The notes: generated by a model from the sequence alone, not told the origin. Shown: positions 33,934 through 46,855, numbered from the stretch's first letter. The stretch is 64,000 nt of DNA from an uncultured delta proteobacterium (GCA_963771175.1 CAVYSY010000022.1:1-64000), one strand, 5' to 3'. Program-made: numbers and translations.

Positions 33934-34538
33934 GGTGTTTGCACCACCTCGTAAAGAACCTGGCTCGTGGACGATGTGCTGAGCCGGGTCATGTATTCAG
34001 GCAGTGGAAGACCGGCCAGCCCTGTATAGGCGTCGATGATTTTGTCCCCGAGTTTCACGGCGAGATGTCTTCCTGTGGTCGCGAGTTGATGGTTCTTGAT
34101 CAGGACTCCATTGGAGATTTCATCGAAGCTCAGCAGCTTCACATCTCCGTCGACCCTGATGCGCAGGTACTCCGGGCGTTGTCCGAGTCTGGTCAAACCC
34201 TCATGGATGCTCTTCGCGACCTTCTCGCACTCGCCTGCCTTCCGGTTGGCGACAGCGAAGGCGTTCTGGAACGTCACCAGCCAGCCCGGTACCCGGCCGA
34301 TGTCCTCGAGCAGGAGATACTGGTCGACGACGCAGTTGAGGTCCCCCGCGAGGATGCAGGCCTTGAGCCGGGCCCGGATCGACTCGTCTCCAGGTAGGGG
34401 CGGATTGCTGAGTACCAGCGAAGGGAGGGGCGCCATCGCCGATGGGGATGACGCCAATCCCCGTACGGGCAACAGGCAGAGGAGGATGAGGAGGAGGGCG
34501 GTGGAGGCTCCGCTTCTGGCGGGTTTCGAGGCCTTCAT
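33930..34538 (-). CDS. Secreted protein with papain-fold toxin (Tox-PL2-like) domain
   Basis: Signal peptide; ECEKVA..IHEGL...G, TTGRHLAV, IIDAY..GLP give a Cys-His-Asp pattern; lower GC. Confidence 0.62.
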   Translation of the reverse strand: MKASKPARSGASTALLLILLCLLPVRGLASSPSAMAPLPSLVLSNPPLPGDESIRARLKACILAGDLNCVVDQYLLLEDIGRVPGWLVTFQNAFAVANRKAGECEKVAKSIHEGLTRLGQRPEYLRIRVDGDVKLLSFDEISNGVLIKNHQLATTGRHLAVKLGDKIIDAYTGLAGLPLPEYMTRLSTSSTSQVLYEVVQTP

Positions 34539-34550
34539 GGGACGTCGTAG

Positions 34551-35970
<1,420 letters not shown>

Positions 35971-36050
35971 GGCTTTCCTTTTTGTCCCGGTTTACCTGAG
36001 TATGGGAGCTCCCGAGCCGGGGATGAACCCCGGCGGTCAGGAGCTCCCCC

Positions 36051-37011
36051 ATGCGAACCGGACGGTTGTTGCTGCTCTCCACCCTGACGCTCGCCTCGTG
36101 CGGCCCCCTCGCTGAAGAGGAGGCGGTCACTCGGCGAGCGTGCGGATGCGCTGATCGTGGATGCCGACGCGGACGGCATCGACGATGGCCTCGAGGATCA
36201 GCTCGCCGCGAAGTTCGCGCCCGAGGTGCGGCTGGCTCCGGACTCCATCGACTGGACGCGGCCGGCCAACGTGGACTGGTACCTGGCGCGCGTGCACATG
36301 CGCTTCGACCATTCGGGGTGCTCGGACTGCGAGGTGCTCGCGCTCGCCACGCCCACGCAGAGCAACCTCTCCTCGCAGTCCCACAAGACGAAGAGTGGGC
36401 TGTTCTGCAGCCACTCCAGCACCGTCTATTACTCGAACGCGTCCCGTAAGGAGTTCTTCCTCCAGCCGCCGGATGACAACGTGCACAAGGGCACGACGTC
36501 CTCCGGGTGGCGCGTGTACGTGCACTCGAAGAAGAGCGCGCTCGTCGCGGGCGGCTACGACATCCAGTACTGGTTCTTCTACCCGTACAACGACTCCTAC
36601 GCGTCGGTGAACCACGAGGCCGACTGGGAGCACATCACCGTCACCACCGACTCGGCCGGCAACTTCTATTCGGCCTGGTACGCGGCGCACAGCGGTGGGA
36701 ATCGCTACTCGGCCTCGCAGCTCAAGTGGAACGGGACGCACCCGATCGTCTACTCGGCCGATGGCTCGCATGCGAGCTACCCCACCGCGGGGACGTATCC
36801 GACCGAGGTGCCGGGCTTCGATGACCACTCCTACGAGGGCGGCCCGGTGTGGCAGACGTGGACCAACTGGGTGAACGTGGGCGAGAAGGGCGCGCCCCGC
36901 AACGGCCAGAACTTCATCAAGTACGGTGGCCGTTGGGGCGAGATTGGCGAGCTCGACGCCACGAGCGGCCCCCAGGGCCCGTCCTTCCAGGGCTCCTGGA
37001 GCACCTACTGA
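36051..37011 (+). CDS. Vps62/NPP1-like lipoprotein (frameshift near 36130-36155)
   Basis: Lipobox LAS-C; AKFAPEV, IQYWFFYPYND, HEADWEH, GSHASY, YGGRWG, GPQGP. Confidence 0.7.
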
Positions 37012-37033
37012 CGCCGCCGCGTCCCCGCCGGGC

Positions 37034-38420
37034 TCAGTCCGCGAGCTCGACCTTCTCCAGATGCTCGGGGATGTAGGCCGGCCAGCCGCGTGCCTCCACG
37101 CGATCCTTGAGCGCCGCCAGCGCCAAGGGCTCGCCGTGGACGAGCAGCGTCTGGCGCGGCGGGGCCTCGAAGCCATCCATCCAGCGCAGCGTCTCCGTCC
37201 AGTCCGCGTGCGCCGAGAAGCCACTCACCGTGCGGATCTCCGCCTCCACGCGCACGAACTGTCCGTGGATCTTGATCTCCTTCTCGCCGTCCAGCAGGCG
37301 CCGGCCGCGCGAGCCGTCGGCCTGGTAGCCCACGAAGAGCACCGTGTTGCGCGGTTCCGGCAACCGGTACTTCAGGTGGTGGAGGATGCGGCCACCGGTC
37401 GCCATGCCCGAGGCCGAGATGATGATGCCCGGACCGTCGAGCTGGTTGAGTCGCTTGCTCTCGTGGGGCGAGGTGACGAAGCGCGTGCGCTTCGTGGCCA
37501 GCGGGGACTCGCCGCGCTTGATGATCGCGTTCATGTCCAGATCGTGCTCCTCGGCGTGCGCCATGTAGATGGGCGTGGCGTCGCAGGCCATCGGAGAGTC
37601 CACGAAGACATCCAGCTCCGGGATGCGCCGCTCCCGCTCCAGGTTGCCCAGGTGGTAGAGCAACTCCTGGGTGCGCCCGATGGAGAAGGCGGGGATGACG
37701 ACCATTCCCTTGCGCTCGAAGGCGTGCAGCACGGCCTCGCACAGCGCGTCCACGGGCCGCTGCTTTTCGTGCTCGCGGTTGCCGTAGGTGCTCTCCACCA
37801 CGAGCGTGGTGGCGGCGCGGACGTTCTGCGGATCCCTCAGGATGGGCGCCTGGTAGCGGCCCAGGTCCCCGCTGAACACGATGCGCTGGTTCGGTGCGCT
37901 CCAGGTGGAGCACGCACACCGCCGAGCCGAGGATGTGGCCCGCCCGATAGAAGGTGAGGGTGATGCCGGGGAGGATCTCCTTGGTGCGCTCGTAACCGAA
38001 GGTCTCGAAGAGGCGCAGCGCGCGATGTGCGTCCTGCACCGAGTAGAGGGGCAGGGCGGGGCTGTGCTTCGAGTAGCCCTCCTTGTTGGCGTAGCGGGCC
38101 TCTTCCTCCTGGAGGTGCGCCGAGTCCGGGAGGAGCAGCGCGGACAGGTCCCTCGTGCCGGACGTGCAGTAGACGGGTCCATGGAAGCCGTCATGCACCA
38201 CGCGGGGCAGGCCGCCCGTGTGGTCGATATGGGCATGCGTGAGGACGATGGCGTCGATGTTCCGTGCGGGGACGGGCAGCGACTGCCAGTTGCGCTGGCG
38301 CAGCTCCTTGCGTCCCTGGAAGAGACCGCAGTCGACGAGCACCCGCTTGCCGTGGTGCTCGAGGAGGAACTTGGAGCCCGTGACGGTGCCCGCCGCGCCG
38401 AGGAAGTGAATGGTGGCCAT
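37034..38420 (-). CDS. MBL-fold beta-CASP RNA-processing hydrolase (frameshift near 37895)
   Basis: GAAGTVTGS, THAHIDH, AGHILGS, SGDLG, ESTYG, FSAHAD, VHGE. Confidence 0.93.
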
Positions 38421-38472
38421 GCACGGGACTCTACCTGGGTCCGGGAGAGCGCCAATGGCGTAGTGTGACGCC

Positions 38473-39666
38473 ATGAATCCCTCCTCCCCGCAGTCCATGG
38501 GCTCCGGGTCCGACACCGCCGCGAACGCGCCGGAGTCCGTACCGATGAGCCAGCCTGCTGCCTCGAACCGGCTGGTCGCACTCGACTGGATGCGCGGGCT
38601 GGTCATGGTGTTGATGACGCTCGACCATGCCTCGGGGTCCTTCAACGCCGGACGCATTCGGAGCGATGGGGCGAGCATCTGGACGCCCGGCTCGCCGCTG
38701 CCGGTCGAGCAGTTCCTGACTCGCTGGGTGACGCACCTGTGCGCGCCCACCTTCGTCTTCCTGGCGGGGGCCGCGCTGGCGCTGTCCCTCCACAAGCGTC
38801 TGCGAGCCGGTGAGTCGCCCCGGAGTCTGGATGGGTTTCACTTGCGGCGAGGGTTGTTCATCGCCCTGGTGGATCCGCTCTGGATGTCGTGGGCCTTCCT
38901 GCAGCCGGGCCGCGTCCTCCTGCAGGTGATGTACGCGCTGGGCCTGTCCATGGTGTGCATGGTGCCGCTGCGCCGGCTGGGGTCGCGGACGCTGCTGGGC
39001 CTGGGCCTGCTCCTGCTGGTCGGGGGCGAGGCGATCATTGGACTGTTCCTGACGGGGAAGTCGCCCTCGCTGCCGTTGGCGCTGCTGGCCAGTGGCGGGT
39101 TCTTCAACGAGGGCCGGTTCATCGCCGCCTACCCGCTGCTGCCCTGGCTGGGGATGATGTGCCTGGGCTGGGTCTTCGGGCGCTCCCTGGTGGATGAGCG
39201 CGAGAAGGCCCTCCGGCGGCTGGTGGGGTGGGGCATGGCGGCGCTCGCGGTGTTCGTGCTCGTGCGCGGCCTGAACGGCTACGGCAACGTCCTGCTCTAC
39301 CGCGACGACGGCTCGCTGGTGCAGTGGCTGCACGTGAGCAAGTACCCGCCGAGCCTGTCCTATGCCTCGCTGGAGCTGGGCCTGATGGCGCTCCTGCTGG
39401 CGGGCTTCTGGTGGGTGGAGGCGCGCTGGGGCCAGGTGAAGGTGCTCGCCCCGCTGCGGGTGCTGGGCCAGACGGCGCTGTTCTTCTACCTGCTCCACGT
39501 CCACCTGCTGGAGGGCGCGGCTTCGGTGCTGGGTGTGAAGAAGCAGCTCGGCCTGGGCGCGACGTACCTGGGGACAGTGGCCGTGCTGGCGGTGCTCTAC
39601 CCGGCGTGCGCCTGGTACCGGCGTTACAAGGCCGCCCACCCGCACGGGTGGACCCGGTACGTGTGA
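38473..39666 (+). CDS. DUF1624 / HGSNAT-like membrane protein
   Basis: RLVALDWMRG...DH, THLCAPTFVFLAG, YPLLPW, KYPPS; the start could instead be 38545. Confidence 0.85.
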   Translation: MNPSSPQSMGSGSDTAANAPESVPMSQPAASNRLVALDWMRGLVMVLMTLDHASGSFNAGRIRSDGASIWTPGSPLPVEQFLTRWVTHLCAPTFVFLAGAALALSLHKRLRAGESPRSLDGFHLRRGLFIALVDPLWMSWAFLQPGRVLLQVMYALGLSMVCMVPLRRLGSRTLLGLGLLLLVGGEAIIGLFLTGKSPSLPLALLASGGFFNEGRFIAAYPLLPWLGMMCLGWVFGRSLVDEREKALRRLVGWGMAALAVFVLVRGLNGYGNVLLYRDDGSLVQWLHVSKYPPSLSYASLELGLMALLLAGFWWVEARWGQVKVLAPLRVLGQTALFFYLLHVHLLEGAASVLGVKKQLGLGATYLGTVAVLAVLYPACAWYRRYKAAHPHGWTRYV

Positions 39667-39721
39667 GAGGAGCGGGGCCCATCCGCTCTTCTACCAGGGC
39701 GGGTGAGTCTCCCGCCGTGCG

Positions 39722-40851
39722 TCACTCCGCTCGCATGAAGAGCCGGTACACCGTGGCGAAGCCCACCGCCACCAGTCCCGTCAGGAACAGCAGCGGCCCC
39801 AGCTGCAGCCCGCCGTTCACGAGCGCCCAGACGATACCGAGCACCACCACGCCGATGGGCGCGAAGCGCGTCCAATCGGGCCTTGGGACCTCCGGGCGCA
39901 GCGCCATGAATCCCAGCACGGCCAGGAGCAGCATCTCCATCGTCACCGAGAACGACAGGTCCCAGCCCTTGTCGTAGCTCTCGTCGAAGAAGCTGTAGAC
40001 GGAGTCGCTCGACGGGCGCGGTGCATCCACCACGCGGAGCTGCGGCGGCGCCCGCGGGCACCGGCGCCGAGCCCGAATACCGCGTGCCCTTCACCGGCGT
40101 CCAGGTGAGGAACAGCGCCACCAGGCACAGCGCCACGCCCCCGAGTGCCACCGGAGCCATCCCACGCAGCAACTGGCGCGGCTCGAAGAAGCGGCCGAAG
40201 CCCTCCTCTCCCACGTACACCTTGCGGTACTGGTCGTAGCCGAGCAGCCCCGCGCCTCCCAGCCACAGCAGCGGCGTCAGGCCGATACCGAGCATCCGGA
40301 TCGCCAGCCCCGCCGTCACCGCCGCGTACACCGCCGGCACCGCCGGGTGCAGCAGGGCAGGGGGGACCCAGTCCACCAGCGGGTGCTGCTCACCGGCCGC
40401 GCGCAGCTCCCGCGCCGTCACCAGCCACCCGCCCGCGAACACCACCAGCGACCAGAAGGGCCCCACCCCCGCGAAGAAGGGGAGGATCGAGAGCACCAGT
40501 CCCACCGCCAGCAGCCCCACGCCCGCCACGCTCGGCGAGTGTCCTGGCACGTGCGCCAGCCACACCGGCCCGTCGTAGGGCGGGGACGCGGAACCGACCT
40601 GGATCCGTGTGCTCCTCCACGTCCCCCGGATGCACCGCGCGCAGGCCCGGATCCGTGTCCTCGGCCTCGTCCCGGGTGGGGACGGCTCGAGCCGCCGTGC
40701 TCCGTATGCGGCCCGTCGTCTGGGGGGCGACGGCTCCGGGAGAGGTCCGGCGGACCGCTCCAGGGGGGGGCGTGGGCATCTTCGCCCCGCAGTTCTCGCA
40801 GTAGCGCAGGTTGCGATCCTGCGCGATCTCTCCGCACTCCTTGCACCGCAT
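39722..40851 (-). CDS. Zinc-ribbon N-terminal multi-pass membrane protein (frameshifted)
   Basis: MRCKECG...YCENCG followed by several TM segments in shifted frames. Confidence 0.7.
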
Positions 40852-40959
40852 GGGCTACGGCCTCCGGCTCCCGGGCCTCGGGCCCTGGGGTCATGCGGCT
40901 GGGAGTCTAGCGGATTTCCCGGGGGGAAGATCCGCCCCCCCGGCCAGCCAGGGGAGGGG

Positions 40960-41503
40960 TTACTGCTGCTGCGCGGTGGGGGCTCCCGCGGACAGCTCCT
41001 TGATCCAGCTCGACAGCGACTGCGGATCGATCGGGCCCACGTGCTTGCCCCGGATGACGCCATTCGCGTCGATGAAGTAGGTCTCCGGCACGCCCGCGAC
41101 CGCGTAGTCCACGGCGATCGACGAGTTCGGATCCACGAGCTGCGGGAAGCTCGCGCCCGTCTGCGCAGGAAGCGCCGGGCGTTCTCCTCGGTGTCCTCGA
41201 AGACGATGCCGAGGAACACCGCCTGGCCGCCGAACTCCCGCGCGCCCCACTCGAGCACCGGGTGCTCCATCTTGCAGGGCCCGCACCAGCGTCGCCCAGA
41301 AGTTGATGACCACCGGCTGGCCCTTGAGCTGCGCCAGGCTCACCGGCTGCCCGCTGTCCAGTCGCGCGCAGCGTGAAGTCCGGCGCGGGCTTGCCCTGCA
41401 GCATGAAGGGCACCGCGTGCGGATCGCTGCCGAAGCCCTTGAGAGCACCGCCAGCAGTCCCAGGCACACGACGACGAAGCACGAGCGTGCAGCGCCACTT
41501 CAT
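40960..41503 (-). CDS. ccmG: TlpA/CcmG thiol:disulfide oxidoreductase (frameshifted)
   Basis: GKPAPDF, INFWAT-WCGPC, GVPETYFID; last gene of the ccm run. Confidence 0.8.
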
Positions 41504-43556
41504 GCCGCACCTCGGTTCGTTTCACGGCCCGCCTCGGGACGGCGCTCGCCGCCGGCGTCTGCGGCCTCGGCCGCCCGCGGCTCGCCGCGCGCGGCCACAG
41601 CGCGATGAGCGTGCCCAGCACCAGCAGGGGAATGCTCCACCAGATCCACCCCACCAGCGGGAAGATCCAGGCGTTGAAGCTCGCCGTGTTCCGCTCGCTC
41701 GGAGAAGGCCAGCAGCGAGACGTAGAGGTCCTCGCACGGACGCTCGAGCGCACCGCCGGCGTGCCGACCGGATCCGTCGATGCGCTCGTAGTAGTTCATC
41801 CGCGGCGCGTCGCCAGCTCGCTGACCGTCCCGGCCGGGGGCGCGATCACCGTCCAGCCGCGTGGCCACGATAGTCGCGGTGCGGCTCCTGGCCGCTGGCC
41901 AGCCCCAGGCGCACCTGGTAGTCGCCCACCTTCATGCGTCTCGCCCTCGGCGCAGCGTGCCGGTGGTGTGCATCACGTAGGCGCTGCGAGGCGGCCACGG
42001 CGACGATGATGATCACGATGCCCAGGTGCACGACGTAGCCGCCGAAGCGCCGCCGGGCGCGGTGGCGCTGCCCAGGAGCGCGCGGTGACGAGCCCTCCTT
42101 GCTGCTCGCTCATGCGCACGCTGCGCCGGCAGGCACAGCTCGCGCAGGGTGATGACCGTGACGAAGCCCGCCAGCCCGAAGGTGAGCAGCGGGTAGAAGC
42201 CCCGCAGTCCCGCCCGCCAGCACGCGGCCGCCACCGCCACGCCCACGCCCGCCGGCACCGCAGAAGCGCTGGCGCGCACCGTCCTCGGATCGCGAGCTGC
42301 CCCACGGCAGCATCGGGCCCACGCCCATCAGGAAGAGCACCACGATGCCAGCCGGGCACCGCCATCTGGTTGAAGTAGGGCTCGCCCACGCTGACTCGCA
42401 CCCCGCGCACCGCCTCGGTGATGAGCGGGTAGAGCGTGCCCAGCAGCACCGTGAAGGTGATGGCCACGAACACCAGGTTGTTCACCAGGATGGTCGCCCT
42501 CGCGCGAAGCGCCGCGGCTCGAGGCGGCCCTCGGCCACCAGCAGGTGCCCGCGCACGGCCAGCAGCGCGACGGACACGAAGAGCAGCACGCGCGATGAAG
42601 CACCAGGAAGGTGGGCCCGATGTCCGACTGGGTGAAGGCGTGCACCGAGTTGAAGACGCCCGCTGCGCGTCATGAAGGTGCCGAGGATGGTGAGCACGAA
42701 GCTGCGCCAGCGCCAGCGCCAGCGTCCACAGCTTCAGCATCTTCTTGCGCTCCTGCACCATCGTGGAGTGCATGAACGCGGTGGCCGTCAGCCACGGCAG
42801 GAAGCGACGCGTTCTCCACCGGATCCCACGCCCAGTAGCCGCCCCAGCCGAGCACCGCGTACGCCCACCAGGCGCCGAGGATGATGCCGACGGAGAGGAA
42901 GATCCAGGCGACGAGCGTCCAGCGGCGCAGCGGCGCCATCCACGCGTCGCCCAGCTCGCCGCGCAGCAGCGCGGCCACGGCGATGCCGAACGGCACCGTC
43001 ATGCCCACGTAGCCCAGGTAGAGCATGGGCGGGTGGATGATCATCAGGAGGTGGTTCTGCAGCAGCGGGTTGGGGCCCGGCCCGTCCGAGCGGCACCGGG
43101 GACATCGCGTGGAACGGGTTGGCCGGCCCGGCGATGAGGAAGGCGAAGAAGACGCCCACCGCCAGCATCGTGCCCAGCGCCAGCGGACATGTAGCGGCGC
43201 GTGCTCGCGCTGGTGCGACCAGCGCGAAGGCGAACACGTAGCCGCCCATGATGAGCGCCCCAGAAGAGGATCGAGCCCTCGAGCGCGCTCCACAGCGAGA
43301 CGATGGTGAAGATCGTCGGCGTCGCGCGGCTGCCCACCTGCGCCACGTACTTCACGGAGAAGTCGTGCGTGAGCAGCGCGTACACCATCACCAGGTTGGC
43401 GCCGAGCATGCAGGCGAAGAAGCCGTACACGCGCGCTGCACCCACGGGTAGGCCGCGTCGTTGCGGCGCAGCCCGGCTCACCAGGCCCACCAGCGCGCCG
43501 AAGCTCGCGAACGCGAGCCCGCCGAGCACCAGGCCGTAGCCGAGCGTTCCGTTCAC
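41500..43556 (-). CDS. ccmF: Cytochrome c heme lyase CcmF (heavily frameshifted)
   Basis: [47 protein letters not shown]. Confidence 0.92.
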
Positions 43557-44047
43557 TGAGTCCTCGCCGCGGCCGGTGGTGGCTTCCTGCTTCTGCATGT
43601 CCTCGAACATCTTCTTCACGTCGTCGCCCGTCTTCGGCGCGCGGTACTCGTTGGAGTGGTTCACCATCAGCCGGCTCGAGCTCGAAGACCTGCGACTTGT
43701 CGAAGGTGCCCTCCACCACCACGCCGATGCCCTCGCGGAACATCTGCGGGGGCACCTCGGTGGTGCGCACCAGCACGCTGGGCCGCGCCGGGCTGTGGCA
43801 CTGTCCGCGACCCGGAAGGTGAGGGTGGTGTGCTGCTCGTCCCACTGGATGCTGCCCGGCTGCACCACGCCGCCCAGGCGGATGGTGGGGCCGTAGGCCT
43901 TCTCGCCCTGGGCCAGCATCTCCGAGGGCCTCCAGTAGTAGACGAGGTTCTCGCCGATGTTGCCGAAGGCCACCAGCGCGAGGCCGGCACCGGCGACCAG
44001 CAGGGCGCACGACGGCGAGGAGTCGGTTGCGGTTCGTGCTGCGTCAT
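43553..44047 (-). CDS. ccmE: Heme chaperone CcmE (frameshifted)
   Basis: NLVYY, IRLGGVV.PGS, PQMFREG.GVVVEG, HSNEY (HxxxY). Confidence 0.9.
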
Positions 44048-44050
44048 GGC

Positions 44051-44223
44051 TCACTCCTGCGGGGCGTTGGCGGCCTCGCGCGGGCCGGCGCAGCCAGAGG
44101 GACAGGGCATAGAGCGAGAGCGACGCCCAGGCGATGCCGTAGGCGGCCCAGACGTACTCCCAGCCACCCTGGAGGCGACCCGCGCCCACCTGCGGCGAGC
44201 AGCGCGTACGTCACCGTCGACAT
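44051..44223 (-). CDS. ccmD: Small heme exporter subunit CcmD-like (frameshifted)
   Basis: GGWEYVWAAYGIA..L single TM segment between ccmC and ccmE. Confidence 0.7.
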
Positions 44224-44224
44224 G

Positions 44225-45049
44225 TCAGGCCACCTCCGAAGTGTTGCGCGATGCAGGCGCGTCCGGGCGGCAGCGCCTCGGGCAGGGCCACCTCCGCCTC
44301 GCGCGTGGCGAGGGCGATCCGGTAGCGGTGCAGCAGGAAGAGGGTGAGGATGATGAGCGAGGCCGCAGGCGTTGACGCGCAGCGCCAGCGCCATGTCCGG
44401 GTCCACCGTCTTCGGGGTGGACTGCACCTGGTGCAGGCTGCGCCACCAGCGCACCGAGAACCAGACGATGGGCAGGTTGACGAAGGCGATGATGCCCACC
44501 ACGGCGCTCCAGACCGCCCGCCGCTCCGGGTCCTCCACGAAGCGGCGCAGCGCCATGTAGCCCACGTAGGTGACCAGCATGATGGCCATGGCGGTGAGCC
44601 GCGGATCCCAGTCCCAGTAGACGCCCCAGGTGGGCTTGCCCCAGATGGAGCCCAGCAACAGCCCGTAGGCGCCGAAGAGCAGGCCCACCTCGCCCGAGGC
44701 CTCGGCCAGCGCGTCCGTCTTCCAGCTCGACTTGAAGAGGTAGGCCAGGCAGCAGCCGAAGTTCAGCGTCAGCGCCAGGATGCGCCATCCACATGGCCGG
44801 CACGTGGACGTACATGATGCGGTACACGTCGCCCATCTCTCGCTCGGGCGGCGTCCACGCCAGCCCCAGCCAGTTGCCCAGTGCCAGCAGCACCACCGCC
44901 GCCGCCGTCATTCCGGCCAGCACCGGCCGCGCGTTGAAGCGCGAGCCCGGAGGGGCCCACTTCCGGCCCAGCCAGACTCCCAGACCCACGGACGACAGGG
45001 CCGCCGCCGCCGAGCCCACCTGCAGCAACGTCTTGATGAGACCGCTCAT
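44225..45049 (-). CDS. ccmC: Heme exporter CcmC (frameshifted)
   Basis: RIMYVHVP, WGKPTWGVYWDWDPRLT (WWD), WWRSLHQ. Confidence 0.92.
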   Translation of the reverse strand: MSGLIKTLLQVGSAAAALSSVGLGVWLGRKWAPPGSRFNARPVLAGMTAAAVVLLALGNWLGLAWTPPEREMGDVYRIMYVHVPAMWMAHPGADAELRLLPGLPLQVELEDGRAGRGLGRGGPALRRLRAVAGLHLGQAHLGRLLGLGSAAHRHGHHAGHLRGLHGAAPLRGGPGAAGGLERRGGHHRLRQPAHRLVLGALVAQPAPGAVHPEDGGPGHGAGAARQRLRPRSSSSPSSCCTATGSPSPRARRRWPCPRRCRPDAPASRNTSEVA

Positions 45050-45053
45050 GACC

Positions 45054-45748
45054 TCAGTCCTCGATCACCCGGGGAAACAGCACGAATCCCAGGCCCCAGT
45101 AAATCAGATTGAACCCGCTGAGCAGCCCGAACCATGAGGGAAGCTGATTCATCGGGTCTCCTTGCAACACGAGCGATGTCGCCTTCGCGGCCGCGAGCAG
45201 CGCTGGAATGATGAGCGGGAACAGCAGCAGCGGGAGCAGCACGTCCCGTGCCCGCGCGTTGCTGGCGATGGCCGAGTACACCGTGCCCGGCGCGCTGATG
45301 GCCATGCAGCCAAGCACCAGGGTGGTGGCGAAAGGACCCACACCCATGACGAGCTGCACCTCGTAGAGCGCCACCATCACGGGAATCAGCAGGGCGCCCA
45401 GGCCCGTGAGCAGCAGGGCGTTGCCCACCGCCTTGGAGAGGAAGATGGCGCGTGCGTCCGCTGGGGCCAGCCGCAGCCCGTCCAGGGTGAGGTTCTCCTG
45501 CTCCACCCGGAAGGACTCGCCCAGCGCGAGCACGCTGGCGAAGAGGAGCGCCAGCCACAGGTAGCCGCCCGCGTTGCGGCGAGCAGCTTCGTGTCCGGGC
45601 CCACCGCGAACGAGAAGAGCAGCAGGGTGGCCAGCGCGAAGAAGATGAGCGCGTTGAGCCGCGCGCGGGTGCGCCACTCGATCAACAGATCCTTGGCCAG
45701 CAGCACCCCCACCGTCTTCAGCAGGGAGATGGGACGTCCGCGCTTCAT
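45054..45748 (-). CDS. ccmB: Heme exporter permease CcmB (frameshift near 45580)
   Basis: KDLLIEWR, FSFAVGP, LLPLLLFPLIIP. Confidence 0.9.
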
Positions 45749-46407
45749 GCCGCCACCGCCCGGCCCTCTTGCAGGTGCAGGCGCTCCTCGCACAGGGACA
45801 GGCCCTGCTCGATGAGGTGCGTGGCCAGCACCACGGTGACGCCCGAGTCCTTCAGCTCACCGATGATCTTCTCCATGTCCCGGATGCCCGAGGGATCCAG
45901 CTCGCCGAAGGGCTCGTCCAGCAGCGCCACCGCCGGGGCCTTCATCAGCAGGCGGGCGATGGCCAGGCGCTTGCGCATGCCCGCGGAGAACTGGCGCACC
46001 GGGCTGTCCGAGCGCTTCGTCAGCCCCACCTTGGTGAGGAGCTGGCCCGTCACGTCCAGGGGCGAATCGAGCCCCAGCAGCCGAGCCAGCACCAGCAGGT
46101 TCTGGTGCGCGGTGAGGTCCTCATAAAGGAAGCTCGCGTGCGACAGGAGGGCCACCTCGCGGCGGACGGTGTCGCGCTGCTGCACGCAGTCGTTGCCGCG
46201 CACCTCCACCCGGCCGTGGGTGGGCGTGAGCGCGGTGGCCACCAGCCGCATCAGGGTCGTCTTCCCGGAGCCGTTGTGACCGGTGAGCAGCAGGGAGCGA
46301 CCCTGGGGGAGGGTGTAGCTGAGACGCGCGACCGCCCAGTGTCGGCCATAGCGCTTGCTGACATCGTGAATGGCGAGCGCGGGGGGCGCTACGGAGGGAG
46401 CTTCCAT
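45745..46407 (-). CDS. ccmA: Heme exporter ATPase CcmA
   Basis: GHNGSGKT, FSAGM, LLDEP; first gene of the ccm run. Confidence 0.92.
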   Translation of the reverse strand: MEAPSVAPPALAIHDVSKRYGRHWAVARLSYTLPQGRSLLLTGHNGSGKTTLMRLVATALTPTHGRVEVRGNDCVQQRDTVRREVALLSHASFLYEDLTAHQNLLVLARLLGLDSPLDVTGQLLTKVGLTKRSDSPVRQFSAGMRKRLAIARLLMKAPAVALLDEPFGELDPSGIRDMEKIIGELKDSGVTVVLATHLIEQGLSLCEERLHLQEGRAVAA

Positions 46408-46855
46408 CGGCGGGAGCGTTCGTAACTGGAAACTTCTCCGTACTCCAGAGAAAGCAGGCTCGGCTGCCTGGTCGGGTGCCTGGAGGCGGGACGCCGGGAC
46501 GTCACCCATGCCCCTCGGGCGACATCTCGGGCCCCAGCGAGTTGGCTGGGGTACAGGGAGGGCTTACCGGGGTCCTGGAAGGGAAATCCTCTGGCACGGA
46601 CCGGGTCCTTCCTGGGGAGGCCTGCCCCGGCACGGGCGGGAAGGTTTTTACAGTCCGAGGGCGCCCGTCTTCGACGCGGAGCGCCACCCGGTCTCACACG
46701 AGGCTGGATGCCGGCACCTGTCTGGGGCGGAACGGAAGATCTTTCGACCCGCTGACGCCGTGGTTGCGCCGCTCCTGACCCGTGGACGTAGCGGATGGGA
46801 ACGGACTTACCTTCCCAGGGAGGTTCAGCCTTCCAGGCTGCTCCCCCCGGGCGTG

